Below are positions 22,395 to 30,480 of a stretch of DNA of 31,136 bases, piece after piece (within the stretch, counting starts at the first letter, position 1; the number at the start of each line of letters is the position of its first letter). A program made the position numbers and the translations under genes. The stretch lies in the IMG/VR virus record IMGVR_UViG_3300017746_000077, positions 1-31,136 of that record; one strand, written 5' to 3'. The notes under the pieces were generated by a model. It searched no databases and was not told the DNA's origin. It saw only the letters and a program-made list of their open reading frames with translations. Source of the DNA: a virus.

Positions 22395-24434
22395 CTAATT
22401 TGGGTATGCTCCTCTATTTGGCATATTAATTGGTGCTATTTCTGATTGTTTAGTGCCTCTTGGATTTTTAATATACGTTTTAGGTATTGTTCTTGTTTTC
22501 TTATAATCGCTTAAATCTTTCGATGGTTTTGTGTTTTTCTTTAAACGGTATAATTGACGCATCCATTTATGTCTACAATATATTCCACCTTTAAATTTAA
22601 ATAAATCATAAGGTTTTTTGTTGTGTCCTAATTCTCTATTAACACCATCTCTTGACGCTTTATCAATATCTTCTAATCTATATACAATTCCTGATTTAGA
22701 TAAACGCATCATATTTTCGCAAAAATCTCTTGTAGAATTACTTGGTTTAGTAGAACCTACTGCATACTTATATCTAATTTTATAATTTTTAGAATCTAAA
22801 TAACTAAAGCCATCTGGTTTAGCACTTATTTCGTCTTTTAGTTGTTGAAATAAACTCTTTTTTTCATCAATACAAATGTTTGCCCAATCTTCATCACTAA
22901 TTTCAGAACCTTCTTGTAATTCATCTACAAGTTCCCATTCGTCATTTATTACTTCGCCTTTTAAGTTTTCTAAAATAACATCTGCTTGTTCACTTGACAT
23001 TTTAATAGGAATACAATTAGGAACTAAACGCCCTCCTTTTACTTTCATTCCGTATTGTTCGTAACCAGCTTCACAAGGTTTCTTTAAATCTATTTCATCG
23101 TGTGATTCGCAAGGCATATACCATACTTTATCTCCTTCTTTGTGTTCGTGATGACCAGAACATCCCATTTTTTTTGCTTGTTCTTCTGCTTCTTCTTTAG
23201 TTTCGTAAACTTCGTAACCGTCTACTTCTTTTAATTCAACAGACATTTTAACTCCTGTTTCTTCTTCTATATCTTCATCACTTTGTACGCTTCTGTCTAC
23301 GTCTGTAAATTCTAATGGCTGTAACGTAATAAAGTATAGGTTTAAGGCAATATTATTATAAGCTAATACATTATCAAAAGAATCTATTAAAAGCTCTTGA
23401 AATGGTCTTATAACGGTATTATCCATAAGCAAAGAAGCAGTCTTTATTTCATCTGCATTATTACCTAATCCTGTATTGTCTTTAATACCTAAAAGCATTG
23501 GGCTTACTACTCTATGAGCTACTAATACTTTACTTTGTGATTCGTCAGAAAGGAATTGATATTGATTATGTGCGTCTGATAATTGAACTGGTGTTATTTC
23601 AGCTTGTGCATCTTTATTGTCATTAAAACTTAAAATAAATTTACCTGCATTAGAACTACCTGAAAACTTTTGTGCAATTCTTGCTTCTATAAGTTCTCTT
23701 TCTTGTGGATTAGGTGTTCCATTATTGAAGTTAATTAACATTGAAGGACTTAATCCATTCATAATGTTGTTTAGGTGGTAATTAGATATTTCTTCTTCTA
23801 ATTCTGCGTATTGTATTCCACCTTGATAATCTACAGGTGCATAGTAATAAAAACCAGACTTGTATGGCTTTATGTAATATATTTCAATGTTTTCTTTTGA
23901 CATTCCATAAGCTGGTATTCTTAATGGCTTGTCGCTTGGTTTTAGTTTAGCCCAGTCTTTAAAATAATAGTAAGCAGGAATATCGCCATCTTCATTACAT
24001 TTTTCTGCTCTTAAAGTTTCTACTGGTATGTGTTCTATTTGTGCAATCTTTTTTCTGTCTTTAGAATATATTACTTGCATAGCACATTGACCCATAAGTT
24101 TTAGGTCATAACTTAATTTTCTAACTACATCTTTTTTTAGAAGTGTAATCATTTCAGCGTATTGTTCTGGCTTTCTATTTGAATCTGTAGCTCCTAAACC
24201 TTTACCGTAAATTTGTTGGCTAATACCATTAATACAGGCGTTGTTTGTAGGACTTCCATTGTATCTGTCTATTAAAAATTGGAAGTAATTGTTGTCGTCT
24301 CCATAAGCAATCCAATCTTGATTAGGAACTTCAATGATTTCAGGACTTGTGTAAGTGCTTAAATTAACAAAACTAACTTCTGATTTAGACCCTCTAACAA
24401 ATTGACCTAAACTATTTCTTTTTCTTTTTTTCAT
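22395..24434 (-). CDS. Portal protein fused to a C-terminal MuF / SPP1 gp7-like head-morphogenesis domain
   Basis: The first ~370 aa show a portal-family pattern (YYYAPVDYQGGIQYAELEEEISNYHLNNIMNGLSPSMLINFNNG...NAGKF...VAHRVVSPMLLG). The C-terminus has TRDFCENMMRLSKSGIVYRLEDI...GGIYCRHKW. An acidic linker and a Cys/His cluster lie between them. Confidence 0.8.
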   Translation of the reverse strand: MKKRKRNSLGQFVRGSKSEVSFVNLSTYTSPEIIEVPNQDWIAYGDDNNYFQFLIDRYNGSPTNNACINGISQQIYGKGLGATDSNRKPEQYAEMITLLKKDVVRKLSYDLKLMGQCAMQVIYSKDRKKIAQIEHIPVETLRAEKCNEDGDIPAYYYFKDWAKLKPSDKPLRIPAYGMSKENIEIYYIKPYKSGFYYYAPVDYQGGIQYAELEEEISNYHLNNIMNGLSPSMLINFNNGTPNPQERELIEARIAQKFSGSSNAGKFILSFNDNKDAQAEITPVQLSDAHNQYQFLSDESQSKVLVAHRVVSPMLLGIKDNTGLGNNADEIKTASLLMDNTVIRPFQELLIDSFDNVLAYNNIALNLYFITLQPLEFTDVDRSVQSDEDIEEETGVKMSVELKEVDGYEVYETKEEAEEQAKKMGCSGHHEHKEGDKVWYMPCESHDEIDLKKPCEAGYEQYGMKVKGGRLVPNCIPIKMSSEQADVILENLKGEVINDEWELVDELQEGSEISDEDWANICIDEKKSLFQQLKDEISAKPDGFSYLDSKNYKIRYKYAVGSTKPSNSTRDFCENMMRLSKSGIVYRLEDIDKASRDGVNRELGHNKKPYDLFKFKGGIYCRHKWMRQLYRLKKNTKPSKDLSDYKKTRTIPKTYIKNPRGTKQSEIAPINMPNRGAYPN

Positions 24435-24859
24435 ATTACAATGTAATCATTATTATAAGAATTATCTGTTATGTATTGACCTTGATTTATGTCATAATAT
24501 AAATTATCCATTTGGTCTATTTCTTGGTCAGTACAGAAAATCCTATCTTTAAATATATCTACAATGTCTGTTGTATCTACATTCCAAAACTCATTATATA
24601 ATTCCCATAAAAAATAATTAGTATTCCAAAAATTTGGGTCACTATATAATTCTATGTCGTAAAAATGACCTTCTACAAGTACAGGACTAAACGCTTGTGA
24701 AAATGTTAAATAATTTCCAGATGTTGTAGCATTAGAAACCTGATATGTTTGCTTTACATTTGTACTATCGTCTCTTATAGATAAAGTAAATTCGCTTCCG
24801 TAAACTCTTGGAATTACCTTAAAGTCTTGAGCCGATGTAATAGTCTTTAATACAATCAT
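24431..24859 (-). CDS. Hypothetical virion-module protein; first gene of a late operon
   Basis: 142-aa ORF. The ATG lies 4 nt downstream of motif 24864-24873. ATGA coupling to the portal. Confidence 0.6.
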   Translation of the reverse strand: MIVLKTITSAQDFKVIPRVYGSEFTLSIRDDSTNVKQTYQVSNATTSGNYLTFSQAFSPVLVEGHFYDIELYSDPNFWNTNYFLWELYNEFWNVDTTDIVDIFKDRIFCTDQEIDQMDNLYYDINQGQYITDNSYNNDYIVI

Positions 24860-24863
24860 TTTA

Positions 24864-24873
24864 TATATAACGT
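24864..24873 (-). promoter_or_regulatory. Late promoter-like motif ACGTTATATA, copy 3
   Basis: Exact 10-mer, 4 nt upstream of ATG 24859. Follows terminator 24907-24932. Confidence 0.6.
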
Positions 24874-24906
24874 AATAAATAACTTATTTTGTGAAAATGT
24901 TATTGC

Positions 24907-24932
24907 AAAAAAAAAGCACCCCATAGGATGCT
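24907..24932 (-). terminator. Intrinsic terminator after the 175-aa gene
   Basis: AGCAUCC-UAUG-GGGUGCU followed by U9. Confidence 0.75.
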
Positions 24933-24955
24933 CTTAATTTTAATATCAATAAATA

Positions 24956-25483
24956 TTAGTTAGGTACAATTTGTTCTGCGTCTGCAGTAATTAATCCTGA
25001 ATCTAAAAAGTAAGGAGCTAATTCTTCTTGACCTTCCATTACTAAAGTAAATCCTGATAAATCTCCTGCAGCAGCTCCAGAAACTACAGTTCCAGAAACA
25101 AACTCCATTCCGTTTTCAAGTCCACATAAGAATTGATTTCCGTAATAATCTTCAACAACTACATACGGTCTTGCAACTGCAATATCTTGTAATTCAGCTT
25201 GAGTTTTAGCATCAAGGTAAGTAAGTGTTAAATTTAATGTTTGAGTATAAAAAGTAGTTCCGTTTTCTCTTGAACTTGTTACAGTTGTTTCAAGTGATGA
25301 ATTTCCTTTTACGTCAAATTGATACCAGTCTGGTTGTGTTCCTGCGATAGTTGTTACTTGTTTTGTAGTAGAATCTACAGTTACACCAGTAATACCACCA
25401 AAATCTCCAAGCCAAACTGTTTTTATGCCACCAAAGGCACTTTTACAAGGTAATTTTCTACCTGTGTTTAATGTACAAGCCAT
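24956..25483 (-). CDS. Abundant structural protein candidate (major tail tube or capsid-decoration type)
   Basis: 175-aa beta-rich ORF bracketed by two intrinsic terminators, immediately after the capsid gene. The tube-like call is tentative. Confidence 0.4.
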   Translation of the reverse strand: MACTLNTGRKLPCKSAFGGIKTVWLGDFGGITGVTVDSTTKQVTTIAGTQPDWYQFDVKGNSSLETTVTSSRENGTTFYTQTLNLTLTYLDAKTQAELQDIAVARPYVVVEDYYGNQFLCGLENGMEFVSGTVVSGAAAGDLSGFTLVMEGQEELAPYFLDSGLITADAEQIVPN

Positions 25484-25502
25484 AGTTTATATTTTATTTT
25501 AT

Positions 25503-25537
25503 AAAAAAAGGGTAAGTAAGCATATACCCACCTACCC
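25503..25537 (-). terminator. Intrinsic terminator after the major capsid gene
   Basis: GGGUAGGU...ACUUACCC (8 bp, one G-U pair, 12-nt loop) followed by U7. Confidence 0.65.
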
Positions 25538-25561
25538 TTTATTTTTGGTTAATTTAATTTA

Positions 25562-26515
25562 TTAAGAATAAAGTACTATTTCAGACCCAATTCCGTATTG
25601 TACTCCAGCAGTAAATCTCATAATTACTCTTACGTTTTTACTTCCGTCTATGTCAGCCATATCAATTAGCTTAACAAGGTTGTAATCAGACATTAAGCCT
25701 GTTCCAAAGAATAAGTTAGATTTTTGTGCAGCCATTGCATAGTTGTTTGGTAAACCATTAGCAACAAAGATTTTTACACCATCAATAGAAAGGTTTTCGT
25801 TACCTCCATACCATAATGTTCCTCTATTGTCAATACCGTTTGCAACACCTCCACCATTAGCATCTGTAATAGCAGCATATCCACCTAAAGCTCTAACGTA
25901 TGCTTTAGCAATATTTTGTGAAACGTAAATGTGTAAATCATCTTTACCATATAATGTGCTTGGAATTGCATCAACAATTTTACCTAATTCAGCAACTACG
26001 TTACCAGAATTAACTCCACCACCTACAGCAGCAACGTCAATTACATCTGCATCTGCAGTAGCTAAAGTTGTAAATCCGTCAAATTCTCCAGCTTGCGCTC
26101 CACCAAGATTTCCTTGCCAGATATTGCTTTCAGTATTAGCAGATACTTGTTCTGCAACGTGAGCAATTAAAAAACTTGAAAAATCAGGAGGTAAATTATC
26201 AAAAGCAGAATATCCCATAGATACTGCACCCCAATCTGATTCAAATGGTGTTTTACATAATTCAAGATTTACTTGAAATTCTATTGGCTGGATAATTCTT
26301 TCTGTAAGTGTTACAGAACCAGCAGATGTGAAGTCACAAGAATCATCTGTAATTAAACCAGAAGTAACTACTTTTTTCATAACTTCTTTAAACTTAATGT
26401 TTGGCTTAATCTCGACAGCACCCTGACTTAATGTGTTACCACTCAATAGAGCAGCAGCGATGTACTTACCTGCAAATTCTCCAGCATAAGTAGTAGTAAT
26501 AGTTGGTTGTGGCAT
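25562..26515 (-). CDS. Major capsid protein (HK97-fold type)
   Basis: 317 aa. Preceded by protease and scaffold candidates and followed by a strong terminator. Sequence is typical of MCPs (TLTERIIQPIEFQVNLELCKTPFESDW...). Confidence 0.8.
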   Translation of the reverse strand: MPQPTITTTYAGEFAGKYIAAALLSGNTLSQGAVEIKPNIKFKEVMKKVVTSGLITDDSCDFTSAGSVTLTERIIQPIEFQVNLELCKTPFESDWGAVSMGYSAFDNLPPDFSSFLIAHVAEQVSANTESNIWQGNLGGAQAGEFDGFTTLATADADVIDVAAVGGGVNSGNVVAELGKIVDAIPSTLYGKDDLHIYVSQNIAKAYVRALGGYAAITDANGGGVANGIDNRGTLWYGGNENLSIDGVKIFVANGLPNNYAMAAQKSNLFFGTGLMSDYNLVKLIDMADIDGSKNVRVIMRFTAGVQYGIGSEIVLYS

Positions 26516-26526
26516 AATTTTTTATT

Positions 26527-27186
26527 TTATTTATTTAATTGATTTAATATATAGTCCATTGTAGAAGGGCGTCTGTTAGGAGCAATTCTAAAATTTTCCT
26601 TTTTTGCATTTCCAGCTTCTGGATTATGCTTGATTGGAGCAGCAGCAGGTTGTGATAATTCTTCCTTTAATTGCTCGTTTACTTCTTCGTTAAATTCTTC
26701 TTTAATTGTTCTGGATTTAGGTTGTCTTGAAACTTCTTCTTCCATTTCAACTTCTTTTTCTTCTTCCATATTGCTTTCTCCTACTTTAGATTTAAGGTCA
26801 GCAATGGCATCTTCAAGATTTTTAATTCTTTTTTCCATACCAGCCCAATCTTCAACGTCAGCTTCTTCTTCCATTTCTTCTTCTTCTTTTTCTAAATCTT
26901 CAGTTTCATCTTTAGATTCTTCTTCCTTTTGTGGAACTTCGTCAGATACTTCTCTAACGTCATCAATAATTCCTTCTTCTGCAACAACTACAAGTCTACC
27001 ATCTTCAAGCAGGTATTCTCCTACTGGCATAGCAACTTTTTCGTCATCTGTAAGAATGAATATCTCTTTACCTTTTTCAAACGATTCTGCTTCTACACGA
27101 GTGCCGTTCTCAAGTTTTTGTTCTTCAAGTTTAACTTCTATGTTTAGAAGCGTCTTGATTTGGTTTAACATTTCAGTTGATTTCAT
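26527..27186 (-). CDS. Scaffolding protein candidate (highly acidic)
   Basis: 219 aa with long E-rich helical tracts, immediately upstream of the MCP. The ATG lies 7 nt from motif 27194-27203. Confidence 0.5.
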   Translation of the reverse strand: MKSTEMLNQIKTLLNIEVKLEEQKLENGTRVEAESFEKGKEIFILTDDEKVAMPVGEYLLEDGRLVVVAEEGIIDDVREVSDEVPQKEEESKDETEDLEKEEEEMEEEADVEDWAGMEKRIKNLEDAIADLKSKVGESNMEEEKEVEMEEEVSRQPKSRTIKEEFNEEVNEQLKEELSQPAAAPIKHNPEAGNAKKENFRIAPNRRPSTMDYILNQLNK

Positions 27187-27193
27187 AATTATA

Positions 27194-27229
27194 TATATAA
27201 CGTGGTTAATTAATTTTTTTGCATTTTCA
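27194..27229 (-). promoter_or_regulatory. Late promoter-like motif, copy 4, with upstream AATGCAAAA element
   Basis: Minus strand reads AAATGCAAAAAAATTAATTAACCACGTTATATATATAATTATG. The 10-mer is at 27194-27203. Confidence 0.6.
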
Positions 27230-27376
27230 TATTGTTCTTGATATAACTCCTATGCCTTGCGCCCATAAAGAACCATCACAACATTTTCTTGAATAAGTAT
27301 TTTTGTCTTTACATAAACAAGCACGTCTTGAACTTTTAGGACTCGAATGACTTGGGAAAAATGTTTTTTTTGACAT
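27227..27376 (-). CDS. 49-aa basic cysteine-rich miniprotein
   Basis: Manual translation gives MSKKTFFPSHSSPKSSRRACLCKDKNTYSRKCCDGSLWAQGIGVISRTI (4 Cys). Confidence 0.4.
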   Translation of the reverse strand: MSKKTFFPSHSSPKSSRRACLCKDKNTYSRKCCDGSLWAQGIGVISRTI

Positions 27377-27389
27377 TTAATTATTTAAA

Positions 27390-27782
27390 TTATTTAGGCT
27401 CATTGTATAATCTTGGTAAATCCTTAACAAGACCATCTAATTTTCTTGACATATTATTTGCAGCTTTTAAGCCATCTACAGAATCAAAATCAACACCTAA
27501 ATCCATAGCAGCTTGATTAATGTCTGCAACATCATTTTCAAGTCTTTTTCTTTCATTTGCAACATCTTTTATTACACCTTGAAAATTTTGCCAAGCCTTT
27601 TTGTAAGACATAAATTGATTGTCAATTTTAGATTCAGCTTTACGCAATTTATCGTCAAGTTTATTTAAATCATTTAAAACTTTTGGTGCTTTACGAGCAA
27701 ACTCTACTTTTTCTAATTCAACTTTTTCTGATTTTAATTCAGTTTGAATCATACTGAATATTTTGTTTATATGCTTACTCAT
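27390..27782 (-). CDS. Helical protein, second scaffold-like candidate
   Basis: 130-aa coiled-coil-type ORF. Resembles the C-terminal extension of the upstream protease ORF. Confidence 0.5.
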   Translation of the reverse strand: MSKHINKIFSMIQTELKSEKVELEKVEFARKAPKVLNDLNKLDDKLRKAESKIDNQFMSYKKAWQNFQGVIKDVANERKRLENDVADINQAAMDLGVDFDSVDGLKAANNMSRKLDGLVKDLPRLYNEPK

Positions 27783-27796
27783 AGTTATATTTTAAT

Positions 27797-28693
27797 TTAT
27801 TGTACACTTCTAAAAACTGTTCTCATATCAGGAATGATACTTTCTAATTGCTTTACCCTAACATATTCTTTTATAGAATTTGGTTTGATACCTAAATCAT
27901 TAGCACTTTTTTCAATTCTTTTTAAAGTTTGTGCTATGTTTTGTTCTTCTTTGTTTAATAATTTTTCTGCTTCTGAACCTAAACTTCTTAATTTTGATTT
28001 TTCTTTTGATACTTCTTTAAAAGTTGGATTTAATTTTTTAGTAAAAACTTTTATTACTGCATCTAAATCATCTACTAAAGCAAGTTCTACTTTTTCGCCT
28101 TTGACTATTTTTTCTATTTGACTTAATAGTAAGTCTGCTTGTTTTTCTGACATATCTTCTTTTATTGATTCTTTAGGACGTTCCATTTTATCTGCAAAGT
28201 AGCCTTCTATTGAAAACCCTTTTACTTTACCTGTTTTTACATAGTCATTCCAGACTTCATCATTGTTGACTTTTACAGCTCCCATCCAAGTTCCTACAGG
28301 TACATTCATACCATACTTTCTGGACTTGTCGTGTACTTCATCTTCAACAAGCCAAGATTCTACTAAACTTAAACCACTCAATGAATGTTGGTGTTCTAAT
28401 GTTGAATTGTTTTGATTGCCTTTTGTCAAATACATTTGGGACGCTTTCAATACCGTATCTTTAGAGAAGTATATATAATATTCATCTTCTCCATTATTTC
28501 GATATATAGGCTTGTTTGGTATTAACAAAGCTCCCATTAATATCTTTTTTTCTTTATCTATTTCTGCAAGTTTAATTTCATTACTTTTTAAAGCAATAAA
28601 ATCTTCTTCTATGGCAGGATTTTCAACTATGGATATTGCTTCGATTCCAGAAGCATCTTGATTTTCGTCAAGTATCAATTCGACTATCTTCAT
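27797..28693 (-). CDS. Prohead protease, XkdF-like (Peptidase_S78_2-type) with a helical C-terminal extension
   Basis: ISIVENPAIEEDF...ILMGALLIPNKPIYR...YFSKDTVLKASQMYL...LEHQHS...GTWMGAVKV matches the XkdF domain pattern. The ATG lies 4 nt from motif 28698-28707. Confidence 0.65.
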   Translation of the reverse strand: MKIVELILDENQDASGIEAISIVENPAIEEDFIALKSNEIKLAEIDKEKKILMGALLIPNKPIYRNNGEDEYYIYFSKDTVLKASQMYLTKGNQNNSTLEHQHSLSGLSLVESWLVEDEVHDKSRKYGMNVPVGTWMGAVKVNNDEVWNDYVKTGKVKGFSIEGYFADKMERPKESIKEDMSEKQADLLLSQIEKIVKGEKVELALVDDLDAVIKVFTKKLNPTFKEVSKEKSKLRSLGSEAEKLLNKEEQNIAQTLKRIEKSANDLGIKPNSIKEYVRVKQLESIIPDMRTVFRSVQ

Positions 28694-28697
28694 ATTT

Positions 28698-28731
28698 TAT
28701 ATAACGTATTTAATTAAAAATTTTGCATTTA
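28698..28731 (-). promoter_or_regulatory. Late promoter-like motif, copy 5, with upstream AATGCAAAA element
   Basis: Minus strand reads AAATGCAAAATTTTTAATTAAATACGTTATATAAAATATG. The 10-mer is at 28698-28707. Confidence 0.6.
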
Positions 28732-30480
28732 TATTGTTGCTCCTTCTACAATATTTCTTTCAAGCCCTTGTGCAGTCGTTACATCGTTACTTACAACGTA
28801 TGCTCTAACAGGTTCACTTGCTTGGCTTCCTATTGCATCTGCTAACTGACTTGTTTCTCCTTGACCCACTACATTAAATGAAGGTGGTGCAGATGGTGTT
28901 GGTGGAATTGCTGAACCTCCACCTACTGATGCTCCTGATGGTGGCGTTGGTTCTGGTGTTGATGTTATTGTTTTTACGTTTGCAATACCTCCTGCAATTA
29001 CTGCTGCTGCACCTATAAATCCAAATATACCTCCTTGAGCTAATGCCTTGTTTGCACCTGCATAAGTATCTCTAATAGCTTGTACTATTGCTATAGCTTT
29101 ACCAAACTTTGAGTTTTTACCAACAATAGTAGCCATATCAGTTAACGCTTGTGTAGTTAAATCCTTTTTAGATTTATTTAAGTCTTTTTCTATTGCAACT
29201 TGTGTATTTGCGTTTTCTTGTTGGTATGCTAATAGTTCGTTGTTAGCGTCTTCATAGGCTTGTGTTCCTTGTTTGTATTGGTCTCTTTTTTCTGTTAGTC
29301 TTTTAGATTCTATTTCGCTTTCTTTTTGTGCAATATCTAATTGAGCTTGTAATCTTAAATAATCATTCTCTATTTGTTCTGCTGTAAATTCAGATTGTGC
29401 TTGATTTCTTTCTGCTTCTGCATCACTTATAGATTGATTTAATTCTTTTTGTTCCCTATCTAATGCTAAATCATTTGCTTTTTGTTCTGACCTAAAACCT
29501 GCAACTTGTGCTTGTACTGCTAATACTTCATTTTGTGCTTCAATTAAAGCTATTTGGTTTTCATCATTTCCGTTCTTGTCAAATTGTGCTTGAGCAGCAG
29601 CAAGTATAGCATTGGCATTACCTAACATTGCTTTTTCTTGTTCGTCTAATACTGCATTCAATTCATCGTTTGCTTTCTTTCTTTCAGCTATAGTGTTTCT
29701 TTCTTCATCTCTTACTTGTCTTAATGTTTCTGCCTGTAAGTCATACTTCTCAATTAAACCTTGATTTTGTACTGCTGCCAATTCTGCTGTTTTAGCAAGA
29801 TTAATATTTTCTGTTGCAGCTTTAACAGTTTCTTTTACATAATTTGAAGTAGCAGTAACCACCTTGTCTACAACTTCTACTGTTTTGTCAAATGAATCGT
29901 CAACACCTGTAACAACATCTACTAATTCTTTACCTGCATTTTTCGCTGAATCTAATGCACCTGCAAAGTCTCCTTTAAATACTTTCACTACTGCTTCTGC
30001 TAAAAACCCTAATGTATCTATTGAAGATTGTATTCTTTCAATTATGTTGTTTTTAATTGCCACACCAAAATCAATCATATTTTGTATGGGGTCATCAAAC
30101 GCTGCTTTAAAGAAATTTGTAATACCAGCAGTATTGTCAAATATAAAATTAAACAAATCATTAAAAGCTAATGATAATGTTTCAAATGTTATAGAAAAAA
30201 AGTCTGCTACCTTTTGATTTTCATTTAGAACTTCTGTAAACTTTGCAAAACCTGCTACTATAAGACCAATACCTAATGCTTTTAAAGCACCACCAATTTT
30301 CTTAACACCACCTGCAGTTTTATCAGATGCTTTTTCAACACCTTTTAAACCTTTAGCAGTTTCATCATTTCCTTTTTTAACCTCTTTATTAAGATTAACT
30401 ATTTCGTCTGTTAGGTTGTCTACACCTTTTTCAGCTTTTTTAGTTTCTATATCTAACTGAACTTGTATTACTTCTGCCAT
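28729..30480 (-). CDS. Tape-measure-like or internal (ejection) virion protein
   Basis: 583 aa. Has hydrophobic glycine-zipper segments (IGGALKALGIGLIVAGFAKF; GGIFGFIGAAAVIAGGIANV), a long central coiled coil and a Pro/Gly/Ser-rich C-terminal region. Confidence 0.5.
   Translation of the reverse strand: MAEVIQVQLDIETKKAEKGVDNLTDEIVNLNKEVKKGNDETAKGLKGVEKASDKTAGGVKKIGGALKALGIGLIVAGFAKFTEVLNENQKVADFFSITFETLSLAFNDLFNFIFDNTAGITNFFKAAFDDPIQNMIDFGVAIKNNIIERIQSSIDTLGFLAEAVVKVFKGDFAGALDSAKNAGKELVDVVTGVDDSFDKTVEVVDKVVTATSNYVKETVKAATENINLAKTAELAAVQNQGLIEKYDLQAETLRQVRDEERNTIAERKKANDELNAVLDEQEKAMLGNANAILAAAQAQFDKNGNDENQIALIEAQNEVLAVQAQVAGFRSEQKANDLALDREQKELNQSISDAEAERNQAQSEFTAEQIENDYLRLQAQLDIAQKESEIESKRLTEKRDQYKQGTQAYEDANNELLAYQQENANTQVAIEKDLNKSKKDLTTQALTDMATIVGKNSKFGKAIAIVQAIRDTYAGANKALAQGGIFGFIGAAAVIAGGIANVKTITSTPEPTPPSGASVGGGSAIPPTPSAPPSFNVVGQGETSQLADAIGSQASEPVRAYVVSNDVTTAQGLERNIVEGATI

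Noticed and set aside
26630-27241. 203-aa plus-strand ORF (Ser-rich), together with the other plus-strand ORFs in the track (e.g. 2493-2849, 17842-18258, 19834-20082, 20335-20661, 25929-26162, 27744-28121, 29864-30217)
   Set aside because: Each lies entirely antisense to a well-supported minus-strand gene. Each has low-complexity composition that mirrors the sense codons; for example, the Ser-rich frame is the antisense of the Glu-rich scaffold. None has its own intergenic start context or terminator. I treat them as shadow ORFs.
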